64,000 nucleotides of DNA from Octopus sinensis (Eukaryota): contig NC_043012.1 in NCBI RefSeq assembly GCF_006345805.1, forward strand, positions 22,382,001 to 22,446,000, written 5' to 3'. Position 1 is the first letter of the stretch. Each line of letters begins with the position of its first letter. Positions 1-13,350 of the stretch are shown here, piece by piece. Position numbers and translations under genes: made by a program. Under the pieces are notes generated by a model. That model searched no databases, had not been told where the DNA came from, and saw nothing but the letters and a program-made list of their open reading frames with translations.

Positions 1-606
1 AGCCGCTTGGACTACAGCTCCCATCTGTGGTCACCACACAATATAAAACTAACAGCAGAACTCGAAGCAATTCAGAGAAGCTACACAAAGAAAATCGTCT
101 CAATGCAAATTATCAGCTACTGGGAAAGACTGAAGGTATTAAACCTCTTCTCCCTAGAGTGGAGGCAGGAGAGATATGCGGTGATATACATCTGGAAAAT
201 CCTGGAGGGTCTTGTCCCAAACTTTGGCATTCAAAGTTACCCCAACCGCAGAACGGGGCGCCACTGCATGGTGCCTAGGATTCCAACATCACCATCAAAA
301 TACAGGTCCAGATACTGCAACAGCTTGGGTTTCAGAGGACCACAGCTCTTTAACATCCTCCCTAAATGCCTAAGAGACTTACATGGTGTGGATGTGGGTT
401 TCTTTAAAACTAAACTGGATCTCTTCTTGTTGGGAGTCCCAGATGAACCTACCTCACGACAGGAGACGGGGATGCGGGCAGCAGCATCGAACTCCCTTGT
501 TGATCAAGTGCCACATATCAGAGGTGGGTTCACAAATTAGTGTAGCTCATTCAGCGGTGGTGCCCCAGCATGGCCGCGGCCTTAGTGTTAAAACATTTTT
601 AAGGAT
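1..606 (+). mobile_element. CR1/L2-type LINE, 3' end of ORF2 plus 3' UTR (truncated by window edge)
   Basis: Stop-free frame to 540: LDYSSHLWSPH...LEAIQRSYTK...SYWERLKVLNLFSLEWRQER...IWKILEGLV, a typical post-RT CR1 C-terminus. Runs into a (TA)n array. Confidence 0.85.
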
Positions 607-607
607 T

Positions 608-714
608 GAAGGATTTATATACATAGATATATATACATAAATATGTATATATATATATATATATAATATATATATATATTATATATATACATACATACAT
701 ACATACTTACATAA

Positions 715-758
<44 letters not shown>

Positions 759-1745
759 GTATATATTATATATATATATACATATGTATATATATAAACA
801 TGTAATATATACATATGTATATATATATATATAAACATGTAATATATACATATGTATATATATAAACATGTAATATATACATATGTATATATATATAAAC
901 ATGTAATATATACATATGTATATATATAAACATGTAATATATATATATATATGTATGTATATATATACATACATATGTATGTATATATATATACATACAT
1001 ACATACATACGTATGTATATATATACATACATACATATATGTATATATTACATGTTTATATATATACATATGTATATATTACATGTTTATATATATACAT
1101 ATGTATATATTACATGTTTATATATATACATATGTATATATTACATGTTTATATATATACATATGTATATATTACATGTTTATATATATATATATATACA
1201 TATGTATATATACATATATATATGTATATATACATATACACATATGCATATATACATATATGTTTATATATATACATATGTATATATTACATGTTTATAT
1301 ATATATATATATACATATGTATATATATGTATATATACATATATATATATGTATATATACATATACACATATGCATATATACATATACACATATGCATAT
1401 ATACATATATATATACACATATGCATATATACATACATATGTACACATATATATATATATACATACATATACATACATACATATATATACATACACATAC
1501 ATACATATATATATATACATACACATACTTATATATATATATATACACACATACATACATATACATACATACATATATATACATACACATACATATATAT
1601 ATATATACACACAATATATATTTATATACATATACATATGTATATATATCTATATTTATATACATGCATATATATATATACACATATATATATACATATG
1701 TATATACATACATACATGTCAATATATACATATACATACATACAA
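608..1745. repeat. Compound (TA)/(TACA)/(CATA) microsatellite with an embedded ~30-bp minisatellite that changes orientation
   Basis: About 1.1 kb of simple repeat. AAACATGTAAT-containing units at ~796-938; their reverse complement ATTACATGTTT at ~1047-1296. Confidence 0.95.
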
Positions 1746-1897
1746 TGGGCATCTTCCAGTATCCCTCTACCAAATCCACTCACAAATCCTTGGTTGGCCT
1801 GGGGCTATAGAAGAAGACATTTGCCCAAGGTGCCACACAGTGGGACTGAACTTGAAACTATATGGTTGCAGTACAAACTTCTCAACTACAAAAGCCT
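1742..1897 (-). mobile_element. tRNA-derived SINE family A, head half
   Basis: Matches the head of the full copies at 13111-13517 and 39660-40067 (ccaaatccactcacaa...gcccaaggtgccac...gggactgaac). Confidence 0.75.
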
Positions 1898-2293
1898 ACA
1901 CACATGTGTGTGTATGTGTGTGTATATATATATATGTATGTATATATATATATATATATATAGTGTGTGTGAGTGTATGTAGGTAAATACACACACACAC
2001 TCACTGACTTATATACATTTACATACATGCATATCTATCTATATTCATATATATATATATATATATACATGCATACACCTTATACATAGAAAGTTTTTCA
2101 TTCATCCCACATCTTCATCTTAAATGATTGGAAAAAAACCCCAAAAGATAAATTCTTTTTGCATTTCGGTGATTCCATTACAAAAAGGGCTGAACAATAA
2201 ATAATACAATTAACCAGAAACTTATTCTCACTGTTGCAATTTATGATTATTAACAAAAAACAAAAGATTATAAGACAGAATCAGAACCCAACT

Positions 2294-2299
2294 TTTATT
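2294..2299 (-). terminator. Probable WDR4 polyadenylation signal AATAAA
   Basis: AATAAA about 245 nt after the stop codon, followed on the minus strand by a U/GU-rich tract (tcttttgttttttgtt). Confidence 0.55.
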
Positions 2300-2543
2300 A
2301 GTCAAATACAATAAAATGTTGAACAGGAAATGGGAATCAGAGCAAAGTTAAATGGAAAATAAGGAAAAAGAAAAAGGGCCAAACATAGTTATTCCTTGTT
2401 ATGTTTGGATTGAAACTAAAGATAGAAAAAGTACAAAATAAAAGTGGAAAATAAATGCATGATTAGACATGAAAGTTCTCTGTGTGACCAAAAGCTCTTT
2501 CACCTGTACCAAACATACTGGTAATATCTAAGAACTCTGTTGC

Positions 2544-2731
2544 TTATTCCATTTTGGCTACTTTAGCTGATGGTTCCTTTGCAGAGTCTTCAGACAGTTT
2601 CCCCTCTGATTGGCTTGGCTTTGGTTGCTGTTTCTTTTTCATCTGCTGCTCTTTCCGCTTCAGGTAATCAAGCGTATTATCAACTCGGCTTTTTGCTAAG
2701 GCTTTAGTCCAACACGGAACATCAAGAGACT
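2544..2731 (-). CDS. WDR4: WDR4/TRM82 last coding exon
   Basis: First AG after a long polypyrimidine tract (gatgcag|AG), phase 1. Reads ESLDVPCWTKALAKSRVDNTLDYLKRKEQQMKKKQQ...AKME*, carrying the family's K-x-x-x-DN-x-x-x-YL-K-x-KE C-terminal motif. TAA at 2546-2544. The four exons total 663 nt in one frame. Confidence 0.9.
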
Positions 2732-3601
2732 CTGCATCCATTGAAGATATCAGGAAAAAAATAGAAAAAAAAAAAAAATCAGAACTCATAAAAATATGTT
2801 ATTTCATGTGGTTGAGAATTACAATGGTACAATTTATTATGTAGAAATAATGTATTTCTTTCTGTTTTTTTCTACCCTAAAACCTTATTTTGGTTATCTG
2901 AGGAATTAAAAAAAAAGAACCCACAGATGTAGGGTTTAGGGATATTCTCGGTGGTTCCACCATCCAAAGTGGCTCTTAAATATAAAAATATTGTTTCTAA
3001 GAATTTATATAACACCTCAATGCAATGATGAGCTGAATTGAAATTCCTCAGAGCTTAAGTACAAACTGGTAAAAAAAAAAAAAAAAGGAAACAATCCCAT
3101 TGATATTACCCTTAAAGAGAAGAGAAGAAACCAAAGCTGTTGTATTTTGGAATATGATGATAAACACAAAGACACTTTATAAATACTTTGATGATTTCTC
3201 TAAAAGGCTTCATTTAATTTAGCAGCACCAATTTTTCCCAAATTAACCATAGTCATCAGCACAGAATATATATTTGATGTTGATAAAACAGAAGAATGGG
3301 GAATAAATCAGAGGATTATGGTTCTGTTCCTCAACACAAACAGTTCTTGCTGTCAGTATATTGTTCTAAAGCAGTATCAAAACAAGGATTCTTGAAATCC
3401 AGGATAAACTAACAATTGTTCTGTTCCAAGGCTGAGAAAGTGAGGTTTTAGTTATCAAAAGGAATAGCAATCTCCAATCACAAGCTGACCGTTTTATTAT
3501 GATGCCATAACAATTGGAGCAGCCACAGTATAACAATGCGCATTCTACTACAACAACAACAACAACAACAACGGTAACAACTAAAAGCATAACAAATATA
3601 C

Positions 3602-3686
3602 CTTTAAAGAAATCCCAGTCTTCAGAGAGAGTTTTCTGAATCTGAAGAACTTCCTTTGACAGAGAACTGACTTCCAATTCTTTTAT
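3602..3686 (-). CDS. WDR4: WDR4/TRM82 penultimate exon
   Basis: Acceptor ttcaaattttag|ATA and donor AAAG|gtatat. 85 nt, phase 0 to phase 1. Reads IKELEVSSLSKEVLQIQKTLSEDWDFFK, resembling vertebrate STVLKKVSGVLRGNWAMLE. Confidence 0.85.
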
Positions 3687-4504
3687 CTAAAATTTGAACA
3701 GAAATATAAAAAAAAAAAAGTCAAACATTTAAGAAATCAATCAATAATGGATCTTTGTTTTCACAAACATCAGACCACAGAAGGAGTTTAAATAGCTATG
3801 GGTTGTACAGAGAAGAGAGTCTATAAGACTGGTTAGTAAAGGAGTGGGAAAGTATAGGAATGGTGAAGAGTATAGGAATGGAAAGAATAGGAATGGATTG
3901 TATAGTTATGGTATAATATAAGAGTGGAATATATAAGGATGTGTCGTATATGAAGGAAGAGACTTAGAATAACAATAGAAAGTATAATCGTGAATAGATT
4001 GTGAAAATAATGTGGCTGGTTGGCAGGGATGATAGAGCATTGGTTAGACTGTCTTGTTTTAATTGTTCTGATTCTCAAATCACTGAGTTCAAATTCTGTC
4101 AAATCCAACTTTACTTTTCATCCTTTTTAAAAATTTTTTTGCAGTGTTTGTGGGGAGGGTGTGATAAGAAAAATGATCAATTGAGGATGATGGTTTGACA
4201 GAATCATTACATCAGACAGAATGCCTCACAGTAATAGTTCCAGCTCTTTGAATTCTGATGGCAAACACTACAAGGACAATGGTGTCAAGCTATTGCAACC
4301 GTTGTCTTTTGTCTGATCAACATTGGCGGCATGGCTAGGTCTTCCTTACCAAAGTTTGCATCTTAGAGAGGAACTTTCTCATTACAGAAATTTATACTCT
4401 GACATGAATGACAATGTTTTTATGTTGAGAAAATATTGGGTTGTTAGATAAACTCATTAATTCATTATTTCATTTATTTTAATTCTTCCCAATGTTATTT
4501 AGAG

Positions 4505-4822
4505 AAGGCACATGGCTTAGTGGTCAGGGTATTTGTCTCATGATCACAAAGTCATGAGATTGATTCCTGGTGGCATATTGTGTTCTTGAGCAAGGCACTT
4601 TATTTCACGTGGCCCCAATTCAGTCAGCTAGAAAAAATGAGTTATACCTGTGATTCAAAGGGCCAGCCTTGTCACATTGTGTGTCAAGTTGAATCTCTTT
4701 AAGAACTGCATTAAGTTTATGCATGTCTGTGGAGTGCTCAGCCACTTATATGTTAATTTCACGAGTAGACTGTTCAGTAGATAGGATCAATTGGAACCCT
4801 CGTTGTTGTAACTGACGGAGTT
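4505..4822 (+). mobile_element. tRNA-derived SINE family D
   Basis: Head ggcacatggcttagtggtcaggg (A-box-like) ...gattcctgg. Body shared with an inverted copy at ~20505-20812 and a partial copy at ~63420-63640. Confidence 0.7.
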
Positions 4823-4865
4823 TCTTTTTCCAATGTTATTTGAATTAACACAAAATAATATTTTT

Positions 4866-5220
4866 ATTGCAGCGTGGAAGGTGTTTGTAAGCCATTTAAG
4901 AAACACACAAAAGCCGTTCGATTCACTTCAACATTTAAGTTTAATTTGCCAAAATATTTTTGCCACTTTAAGACCGCGACCTGTTCACTGACAAAAATCC
5001 GTGCTGGATCTCAATTTTGTCAGTGAACAGGTCGCGGATTTTAGCGACAAAAATATTTTGACAAATTAAACTTAAATGTTGAAGTGAATCGAACGGCTTT
5101 TGTGTGTTTCTTAAATGGCTTACAAACACCTTCCATGCTGCAATGGTTTTCGTTTCAGCACACGATCTCAGATCAAGTTACTTGCTATGCGAGTACATCT
5201 CCGAAATATTTTTATTGCAG
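4866..5220. mobile_element. Palindromic (fold-back) element, probably an inverted Penelope-like pLTR or a MITE
   Basis: Arms of ~130 bp (4866-4996 and 5015-5144) are near-perfect reverse complements. The 15-bp direct repeat atatttttattgcag occurs at 4858-4872 and 5206-5220. Confidence 0.75.
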
Positions 5221-6128
5221 TGTTTTATTGTGTTATTTGTAGCTCTATTTTTTCCTACACAACTTTTGTCAATCATTCTTGAAATTAGAATAAATTTTAC
5301 CTTTTTTCCAGACATTTGACAATGGAGAGCCAAGCAGACAAAAAAAGCAAAAAAGCAAAAAAAACAAAAAAACAAATTTATCTCATGACAACCAAGTAAG
5401 ATCAAAAATTTTCGCCAGACTTGTAGTTGTCTTCAGAATTTCAGGAGTAAGGTAGATTGTATAGTTTAATATGGAGTGGATAAGCATGCACTCAATCACA
5501 CACGCACACACAGACACAAGCAAAAACCACTGATTTCATTAATCTAAGTGATAAAATAGAAAGTTGTTGGTTGAAGTCAAACTTTATTTTCTTAGATTAC
5601 TAATCTAATACTGAATTTATGTCACACGAAATAACAATTTTCAAAGTTAACAGTCAACTTCTTCACTTTTCAACAATAAGATTAAATCCATTTCAAACAG
5701 AAAACATTGAGTGTGTGTGTGTGTGTGTGTGTGTATTCGTTACTAGCAATGACAGTAATATTAGTTCAAGCTAGCAACCAATATGTCACATTAAAAGAAT
5801 ATATACAGTTGAAAGCCTTCTAAACTGCAGTATTTATATCAAGAAAGCATCTCTTTTTAATGTATAGCGTTAAAAAAAAGACAGAAATATATCAGCTGAT
5901 CTGGTGTCATATAAAAAGCACTCATTGCACTCTATAAAGTGGTTGGCATTAGGAAGGGCATCCTTGTGTGGACCCTGACCATACCAGCTGCAGTCATACT
6001 GTCCAACCCATGCCAGCATAGAAAATGGACATTAAACGATGAATCTATAAGAGAAGATCTCTTGAGATGAATAGTATATTTGACTTTCAGTCGTGTATAT
6101 ATGTGTGTGTGTGTATGTGCGTGTGTAT

Positions 6129-6529
6129 ATCTTTATACATAAAAGTAAGGTTGTGTGCTGTCTGTCTCCTACGATTTAGATTCCTAACTACTCCCACATT
6201 TTGCAGTGCAGTTTAACCAAAATCGGGTATCTTATAGTCGTGATTCATATCGAGCCCTTCTGGGTATTAGCACGCGTCTACGATGAGTCTACGATTTAAA
6301 AAAAAAATTACCATCAATTTTTCCTATTTTTAATGCATTTTTGGCATATATAAGGGAAGTAACTCTCTAAAAATTTATTATTAAATCTCAGAACGTAAAA
6401 AGCTACAGTAACACCCCCCCCCTTTGTGGTTAGCCATATTGAGATGGCTATTATACTTTACATCTCTAAATATGCTTATATAGTTATTTCCCTTACAGAC
6501 CTGTGCAACGCCGGGCGATACTGCTAGTA
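6129..6529 (-). mobile_element. DINE-1/Helentron-like non-autonomous element
   Basis: Reverse-complement copy of 37392-37888 (5' tactagcagtatcgcccggcgttgc; 3' cttttatgtataaagat). Confidence 0.7.
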
Positions 6530-7345
6530 TATATATATATATGTGTGTGTATGTATATATATATGTATGTAAGTATGTATGTATGTATGCTTTGAGTATG
6601 ATATACAGTCAAAGTCCATAAAATAAGTACCAGCTGAGCACTGGGGTTAATGTAATCGACTTAACACCTCCCCTGAAAATTCTGGCTTTGTGCCAAAATT
6701 TAAGACTGGTATATCATCATAATTGTAATAACATCCACTTTCCATGCTTGCATAAATCTGACAGAGTTCATTGAAGCAGGTTTTCTACACCCAGATGACC
6801 TTCCTGGTAACCAACCCTCACCTGTTTCACAGTAAGGTAGTATTTCACCTTAGCCAAACATGTTTTCATGGAAGATTGGAAACAAAAGATTGGAATCATT
6901 GCTTGTATGACAATGGCATTCATTTACAACTATCATAGGAGGGAGACACACCAACTTACATCCTCCAACAGACTGGCATCTCCTCCATTGGGGGAATATA
7001 TATGCCAAAGAATCTAGGAAACTGGCTTTAAAAGCCTATGGCTTGCGATGGTACCTTTATTATATATATATATACTTATACATATACATACATACATACA
7101 TACATATATATATACGAAGGTGTGTAATACTATTTTGTTTAGGATAGGTATAATTACCAACACAGGAACATGTATCATACATCAAAATAAAGCTGGTCCT
7201 CTGTGGATCACATCCCTACTTCTCAACATAGTCACTGTTTCTCTCAATAGCAATGTTTTAGAGTGGATTCACCTCCATGAGTGCTGCTATGGGGCACTGG
7301 CACAAGACTCTTGCAGGTTGTCCCCTTCATCAGCAGCAGTGGCAA

Positions 7346-7712
7346 GTGGAGGCGTAATGGCCCAATGGTTAGGGCAGCAGACTTGTGGTCGGAAGATCGC
7401 GGTTTCGATTCCCAGACTAGGCATTGTGTGTGTTTATTGAGCGAAAACACCTAAAGCTCCACGAAGCTCCGGCAGGGGGTAGTGGCGACCCCTGTTGTAC
7501 TCTTTCGCTCCAACTTTCTCTCACTCTTTCTTCCTGTTTCTTGTCCCCGACTTCCTACACATCCGCTGAGCCTGGATGCACATTCATCCATCCGTCGATG
7601 CTCTCAGTGTTAGGGGTTGACCTGCTTTCTCTTCTGCGGGTCTTACGAATAGCAAAGGACCACGTTTTGGACTTCTCCCATCTTGTGAGCTCTGGGACGA
7701 AGACCGTTCGCT
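7346..7712 (+). mobile_element. tRNA-derived SINE family E
   Basis: Pol III boxes TGGCCCAATGG (A) and GGTTTCGATTCCC (B) in a tRNA-like head, followed by a non-tRNA body. The 3' boundary is approximate. Confidence 0.6.
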
Positions 7713-7714
7713 CA

Positions 7715-8070
7715 ACAGCAACAGCAACAGCAGCAGTGGCATTAACATTTCTGGAGGATGGGTCTTCTTGAGGGCAGCAAGGCATCAGGTATTTTGGTCC
7801 TTTGTCATCTCCTCCATAAGGTTCAGTATCCTGAGGTTGTCCTTCAATATTTTATTCCATGTCTTCCTGGGTCTCCCTCTTCCACAAGTTCCATCCACTC
7901 TGAGTGACTGGCACTTCTTTATGCAGCTGTCCATATCCATCCTCATTACATGACCAAACCAGCACAGTTACCTGTCTTGCACTCTGCATCTAATTCCTCT
8001 TATGCCTAACTTTTCTCTCAGCGCACTTTGCACTCTGTTGCACTTACATTACGCATCCAGCAGAACATAC
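7715..8070 (-). mobile_element. RTE-clade LINE 3' fragment (degenerate)
   Basis: Minus-strand translation with stops and shifts: MFCWMRNVS...MDMDSCIKKCQSLRVDGTCGRGRPRKTWNKILKDNLRILNL, containing the RTE C-terminal GRGRPRKTW motif. Ends in a (GCT/GTT)n tail. Confidence 0.8.
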
Positions 8071-10224
8071 CACCAGCCTCTTTCCTCTCTATATATACAT
8101 ACACATATATATTTATGTATGTTTTATTTAAATGGAATAAAAGTGAAATACACATTTGAAATACGTTTACTGAATGTTTTACAGATCAATAAAAAAAGTT
8201 TACAAGTAAAATTGTAGTGGAAAAGAGAAAAAAAATGTTCTTTTCTGTTTTTAATAAATTCATTTATCAAAGTTTAGTTTCAAAGAGGTTTCCTGTAAAC
8301 TAGAGAGAGGGAGAGAGTGCAGTGTGGATTGTTATATTATGATTATGAATGTCAATATGTAATGAAAAGCCAACGGACAAAGGAGAAAGGAGAAGGATCT
8401 AAAATGAATGGAAATGCGTAAGAAAAATAGCGATGTACACTCACTAATCATTAATATATACATACAGGTAAGTCCTTAAATGAGCATGCATACACACGGA
8501 ATTACACACACCTATATCTATATATCTATCTATATATAATCTGTATAGTTATGTGTATATATATATATATATATACACATGTATGTGTGTATGTATGTTT
8601 ATATATATAAAATATTTATGTATATACATATAGATAAACGCATAGATATAGACACATGTATGTGAATGCTTATGATGTATGTAATACAAAAAAAAACTGA
8701 GAATACATATATGTTCATACACTGAGAAACACAACAAAAACATGAAAATACCCCAAAAACATAGTCTTTACAGAGACATTTGCTCATCACATCCGTCTAC
8801 AATTCTTCACACACACACACACACACACACAAAAACATAAGCACATACACAAACAAACACAAATCTGCAATAAGTACCATTGTCTTTTCATCAAGAAACC
8901 AGCTCAACAAGGGAAGCATTCCACTTGTCCATAATTTTCACTTTCTTAAAACCCATTGATAGTTGAAAACAGAAACGCTAACAAAAAACTACGAGGAAAA
9001 ACCACACAAAATCTTCTTTAAACGCTGGTGATTCAGGTTCCATGCTGGTTGTGTTATTTGTAACAAAGGGTCTTTCACCACAGACTCCATTGTTGTGTAA
9101 GAAACTCCTCTTCAACTGCCTACTTAAGTGTCTGGTTTATAGGTGTGTTTTTCTTGTCGGTTTGTGTGCGGGTTTTTAATATATATATACATATATGTGT
9201 GTGTGTGTATATATATATATAAGTATATATATGTGTGTGTGTGTGTGTATGTATTTATGTATTTATGTATATATATATATATATATGCAGACACACACAC
9301 ATATCTATTTATGTATATACATAAATATACATGTATATATATGTATGTTTATATACATGTATTTGTGTGTGTGTATGTATTACTTTTTCATGTTTATGCT
9401 ATACCATGACAAGCTTACTACTTTGAAACAAGACCTGAAGATTCTAGAATTTTTCAAAATAGTCAAAAAAAAATTAAAAGTTAATAAACCAACAACAACA
9501 ACTACAAAACACAAAGAAAGTAACAACAACAACAACAATAATAATTAAAGAAAATCAAACATCCACAACAGACAAGAGAAAATTTTAAAAAAGCAAGACA
9601 AAAGGCCCAAGGCATTTTTAATTGACGATCTGACATAATGCTACCTGAATTAAGCACATGTCAGAAGTAAGGACTTGGTGAATTTTCTATGTCCACTTCA
9701 CCAATAAAAATAATAACATATACTTCATCCTGCATGTACCTGCCTTGTCTTTGCTGGGTATTTATATTTTTACAATGACAATTCACCAGCCACTTGGCAC
9801 ACACTGCATGAAAATGTCAAGGCCATTCTTTGGCCCACTTGACGCACATTGAATAGGTTAGTAGTAGACATTTATCTATCAGTAATTGGAATTATGAGAT
9901 AAGATTTTAAAAGACAGCAATGAAAAGAATAAGAAGAAACGTGCAAGAGAGAAGAAGAAGAAGAAGAAAAAGAAGAAGAAGAAGGACATGAGGAAGAAAG
10001 AGAAAGAGATGCTACCATGTTTAAGTGTCCAAGCGAGGAGCATTTCAAAAACAAATGACTTAAGGCTATTCTCTGCTAAATCATTGTTTCTTTTCATGTG
10101 ATAGAGTAAATTACACACAGAGACACACACACACACGCACATAGACACAAGTATACACATACATACACAACCAGGAAAGCATATAGATCCATGAATATGT
10201 ATACACGAGTATACAGCTTATGCA

Positions 10225-10272
<48 letters not shown>

Positions 10273-10617
10273 CATACACACCAACATATATGCATACACA
10301 GTTGCACACATATCTATGCAAAGGCATTCACACATATACACATGCATACACAAACACACAAATATAAACACACAAGCAGAAAGATATCAAGATTCAGGAA
10401 AATGTATGCTAGTATATACACACTCATATTCGCAAAATACATATACATATAGTGTGTGTGTATATACACACACACATGCATACAGGTAGTTGATAAATGC
10501 CAACGAACAAACTCTCGGCCCTTGAGTCACTCTGTTGCTTCTGCTAAATATTAATATCTTTCTCTCTGGATACACACACACATACATATATATACATACA
10601 TACATATACATACATAA

Positions 10618-10652
<35 letters not shown>

Positions 10653-10907
10653 ATATATACATACATATATATATACATACATACATACATATATATATGG
10701 AGTGGTTGGCGATAGGAAGGGCATCCAGACGTAGAAACACTGCCAGATCTGACTGGGCCTGATGAAGCCTTCCAGCTTCACAGACCCCAGTTGAACCGTC
10801 CAACCCATGCTAGCATGGAAAACGGACGCTAAATGATGATGATGATGATGATATATATATATATATATTATATATATATATACATACACATGCAGAGGTG
10901 TACACCT

Positions 10908-11306
10908 ATTCTTTTACTTGTTTTAGTCATTTAACTGGTGCCATGCTGGAGCACCACTTTTTAGTCAAAGAAATTGACCACAGGACTTATTCTTTGTACT
11001 TATTCTATTGGTCTCTTTTGCTGGATTGTTAAGTTACAGGCATGTAAACGCACCAACACTGGTTGTCAAGCGATAGAGGTGGGGGCACAAACACAGATAC
11101 AAAGGCATACACATAAGTATATACACACATATATATATATATGCAACAGACTCCTTTCAGTTTCCGTCTGCCAAATCCACTCACAAGACTTTGGTCAGCC
11201 TGAGGCAAAAATAGCGGCACTTGCACAAGTTGCCACAGAGTTGAACTGAACCTAGAACCATGGGGTTGGGAAGCAAGCTTCTTACCACACAGCCATGCCT
11301 GCACCT
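10908..11306 (-). mobile_element. SINE family A, diverged full-length copy
   Basis: Same layout as 13111-13517, with substitutions. Confidence 0.8.
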
Positions 11307-11734
11307 ATTCATAATATACACACACATATATATATATATGTGTGTGTGAATACATATATACACAAACAAACGCATATTCACATGTGTGCAAAGATACACA
11401 CACATAGACAGAATTCTACACACACACATGCATACATACATACATACATTTCACACATATACACACCTTTACAGATGAACATCACACAACTAAAACTGGC
11501 TTTTGCACACACTCCACCATGACCACCACCACTGCCACCATATGTAAGAAAATGAATAACAATAACAACTGCCACCACCACAACAACAACCTCAGCAATA
11601 ATGTTTCAAGAATATTTCTTTCTTTACCCAATTCTTTTCCCTGTTTTGTTACCATTTGAAATTCTTCATAAGAACCTACCCCCAGCTCTAAGAAAAGAAA
11701 GTTAATTCTTTAAATGAAACATTGAAGTGATAGA

Positions 11735-11852
11735 AAGACAGACAGATTGATAGAAAGATGGATTGATAGATAGATAGACAGATAGCTTTATGGATAGATA
11801 GATGGATTGATAGGCAGATAGATAGATACATAGATAGATGGATGGATGGATT

Positions 11853-11890
<38 letters not shown>

Positions 11891-11992
11891 TAGATAGATG
11901 GATAAATAGATGGATTGATAGACAAAAAAATAGATAGATAGATTGATTGATAGACAGATAGACAGATAGATAGATGGATAAATAGATGGATT

Positions 11993-12047
<55 letters not shown>

Positions 12048-12175
12048 GGATGGATAGAGGGATGGTTTGATAGACAGATGGATAGATAGATGGATGGATA
12101 GAGGGATGGATTGATAGATAGATGGATAGCAGGCACTCCAGCAGGTAGATAGATAGATAGATGGATTGATAAACA
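11735..12175. repeat. (GATA)/(GACA)/(GATG) tetranucleotide array
   Basis: Direct inspection. Similar arrays at ~23995-24160, ~34975-35075 and ~36120-36660. Confidence 0.95.
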
Positions 12176-13110
12176 GACATCATCATCATTTCTATCACCA
12201 TCATCACATTATCATCCACCTCCCACCCCCATCATCATCTCCACCATAATCCTCATAATCTTCAAATCCCTCAGAAGTCAATTTTTACCATTCTTTTTCT
12301 GTTTTTTTCAGTCGAAGAAGATGAATTGGTGGAATGGTTAGAACATTGAATGGAATATCTTAGGGTGATATTTGTTTTGATACTATGAGAACTGAGTTCA
12401 AATCTCCCCTTAGACTACCATTATAGCGATGTAACCTGTTTTGGATGGAATAATATAAAAGAATAAAACTCAAAGAGGCACCAAACATCAAAGAGTTTAT
12501 GTTGTTATTGACGGAGATTGATAGATGTTGATGATGCTGGTGGTGGTGATGATGATGATGGTGATATTGGTGGTAGTAGTGGTGGTGATGATGATGATGA
12601 TCATGGTACTGATGACGGTGATAAAAGTGAGGATGATGGTGGTGATGAAGCTGATGATGACGATGACAACAACAACAAACTACAATTATTTTGGAAAGAG
12701 GGAATATATATATGTGTGTTTGTGTGTATCGTTGCTGTTATGCAAAAGTGTCGTAAGTCCAAAACATTGCTTTTCAAGAAAACGAAAAAATAGTTTCACC
12801 ATTCCATTTGCTTTTACATTAGCAACAGTTTCACCTTAACAATAATACTTTGTTGGGGCATAAAATGGTAATTCCATGCATGGATGACATCTTGAGTCGA
12901 AAATATTTTTACAAAACTGTCCTATATGGGACTTACTACACTTTTGAAAAATGCTGAACCGTTGTACTACACTTTGTCAATTTTTATATCTTGGCATCTG
13001 AAGCAGCTGGAGATACGATAGTTTTACCAAAAGTACCCACTATTGCAAACAAAATTAAATATTGAAAAAGAATGCATTTGGCCAAATTTGGACATACGAC
13101 AGTTTAACAT

Positions 13111-13319
13111 ACTCTTTACTCTTTTACTTGTTTCAGTCATTTGACTGCAGCCATGCTGGAGCACCGCCTTTAATCGAGCAAATCGACCCCGGGACTTATT
13201 CTTTGTAAGCCCAGTACTTATTCTATCGGTCTCTTTTGCTGAACCGCTAAGTGACGGGGACGTAAACACACCAGCATCGGTTGTCAAGCAATGCTAGGGG
13301 GACAAACACAGACACACAA

Positions 13320-13350
<31 letters not shown>

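Noticed and set aside
615-1986. Long ORFs of 120-356 aa rich in Y/I/H/T/C/V, and the many similar ORFs throughout the window
   Set aside because: They are translations of TA/CA/GA/GATA microsatellites that happen to lack stop codons; there is no coding signal.
7346-7420. tRNA gene
   Set aside because: A and B boxes are present, but there is no proper acceptor stem or terminator and the sequence continues into a SINE body. The same applies to the other SINE heads.
8960-9130. Minus-strand frame containing GERPF (C2H2 linker-like)
   Set aside because: No zinc-finger Cys/His spacing, bounded by stops, and no splice support.
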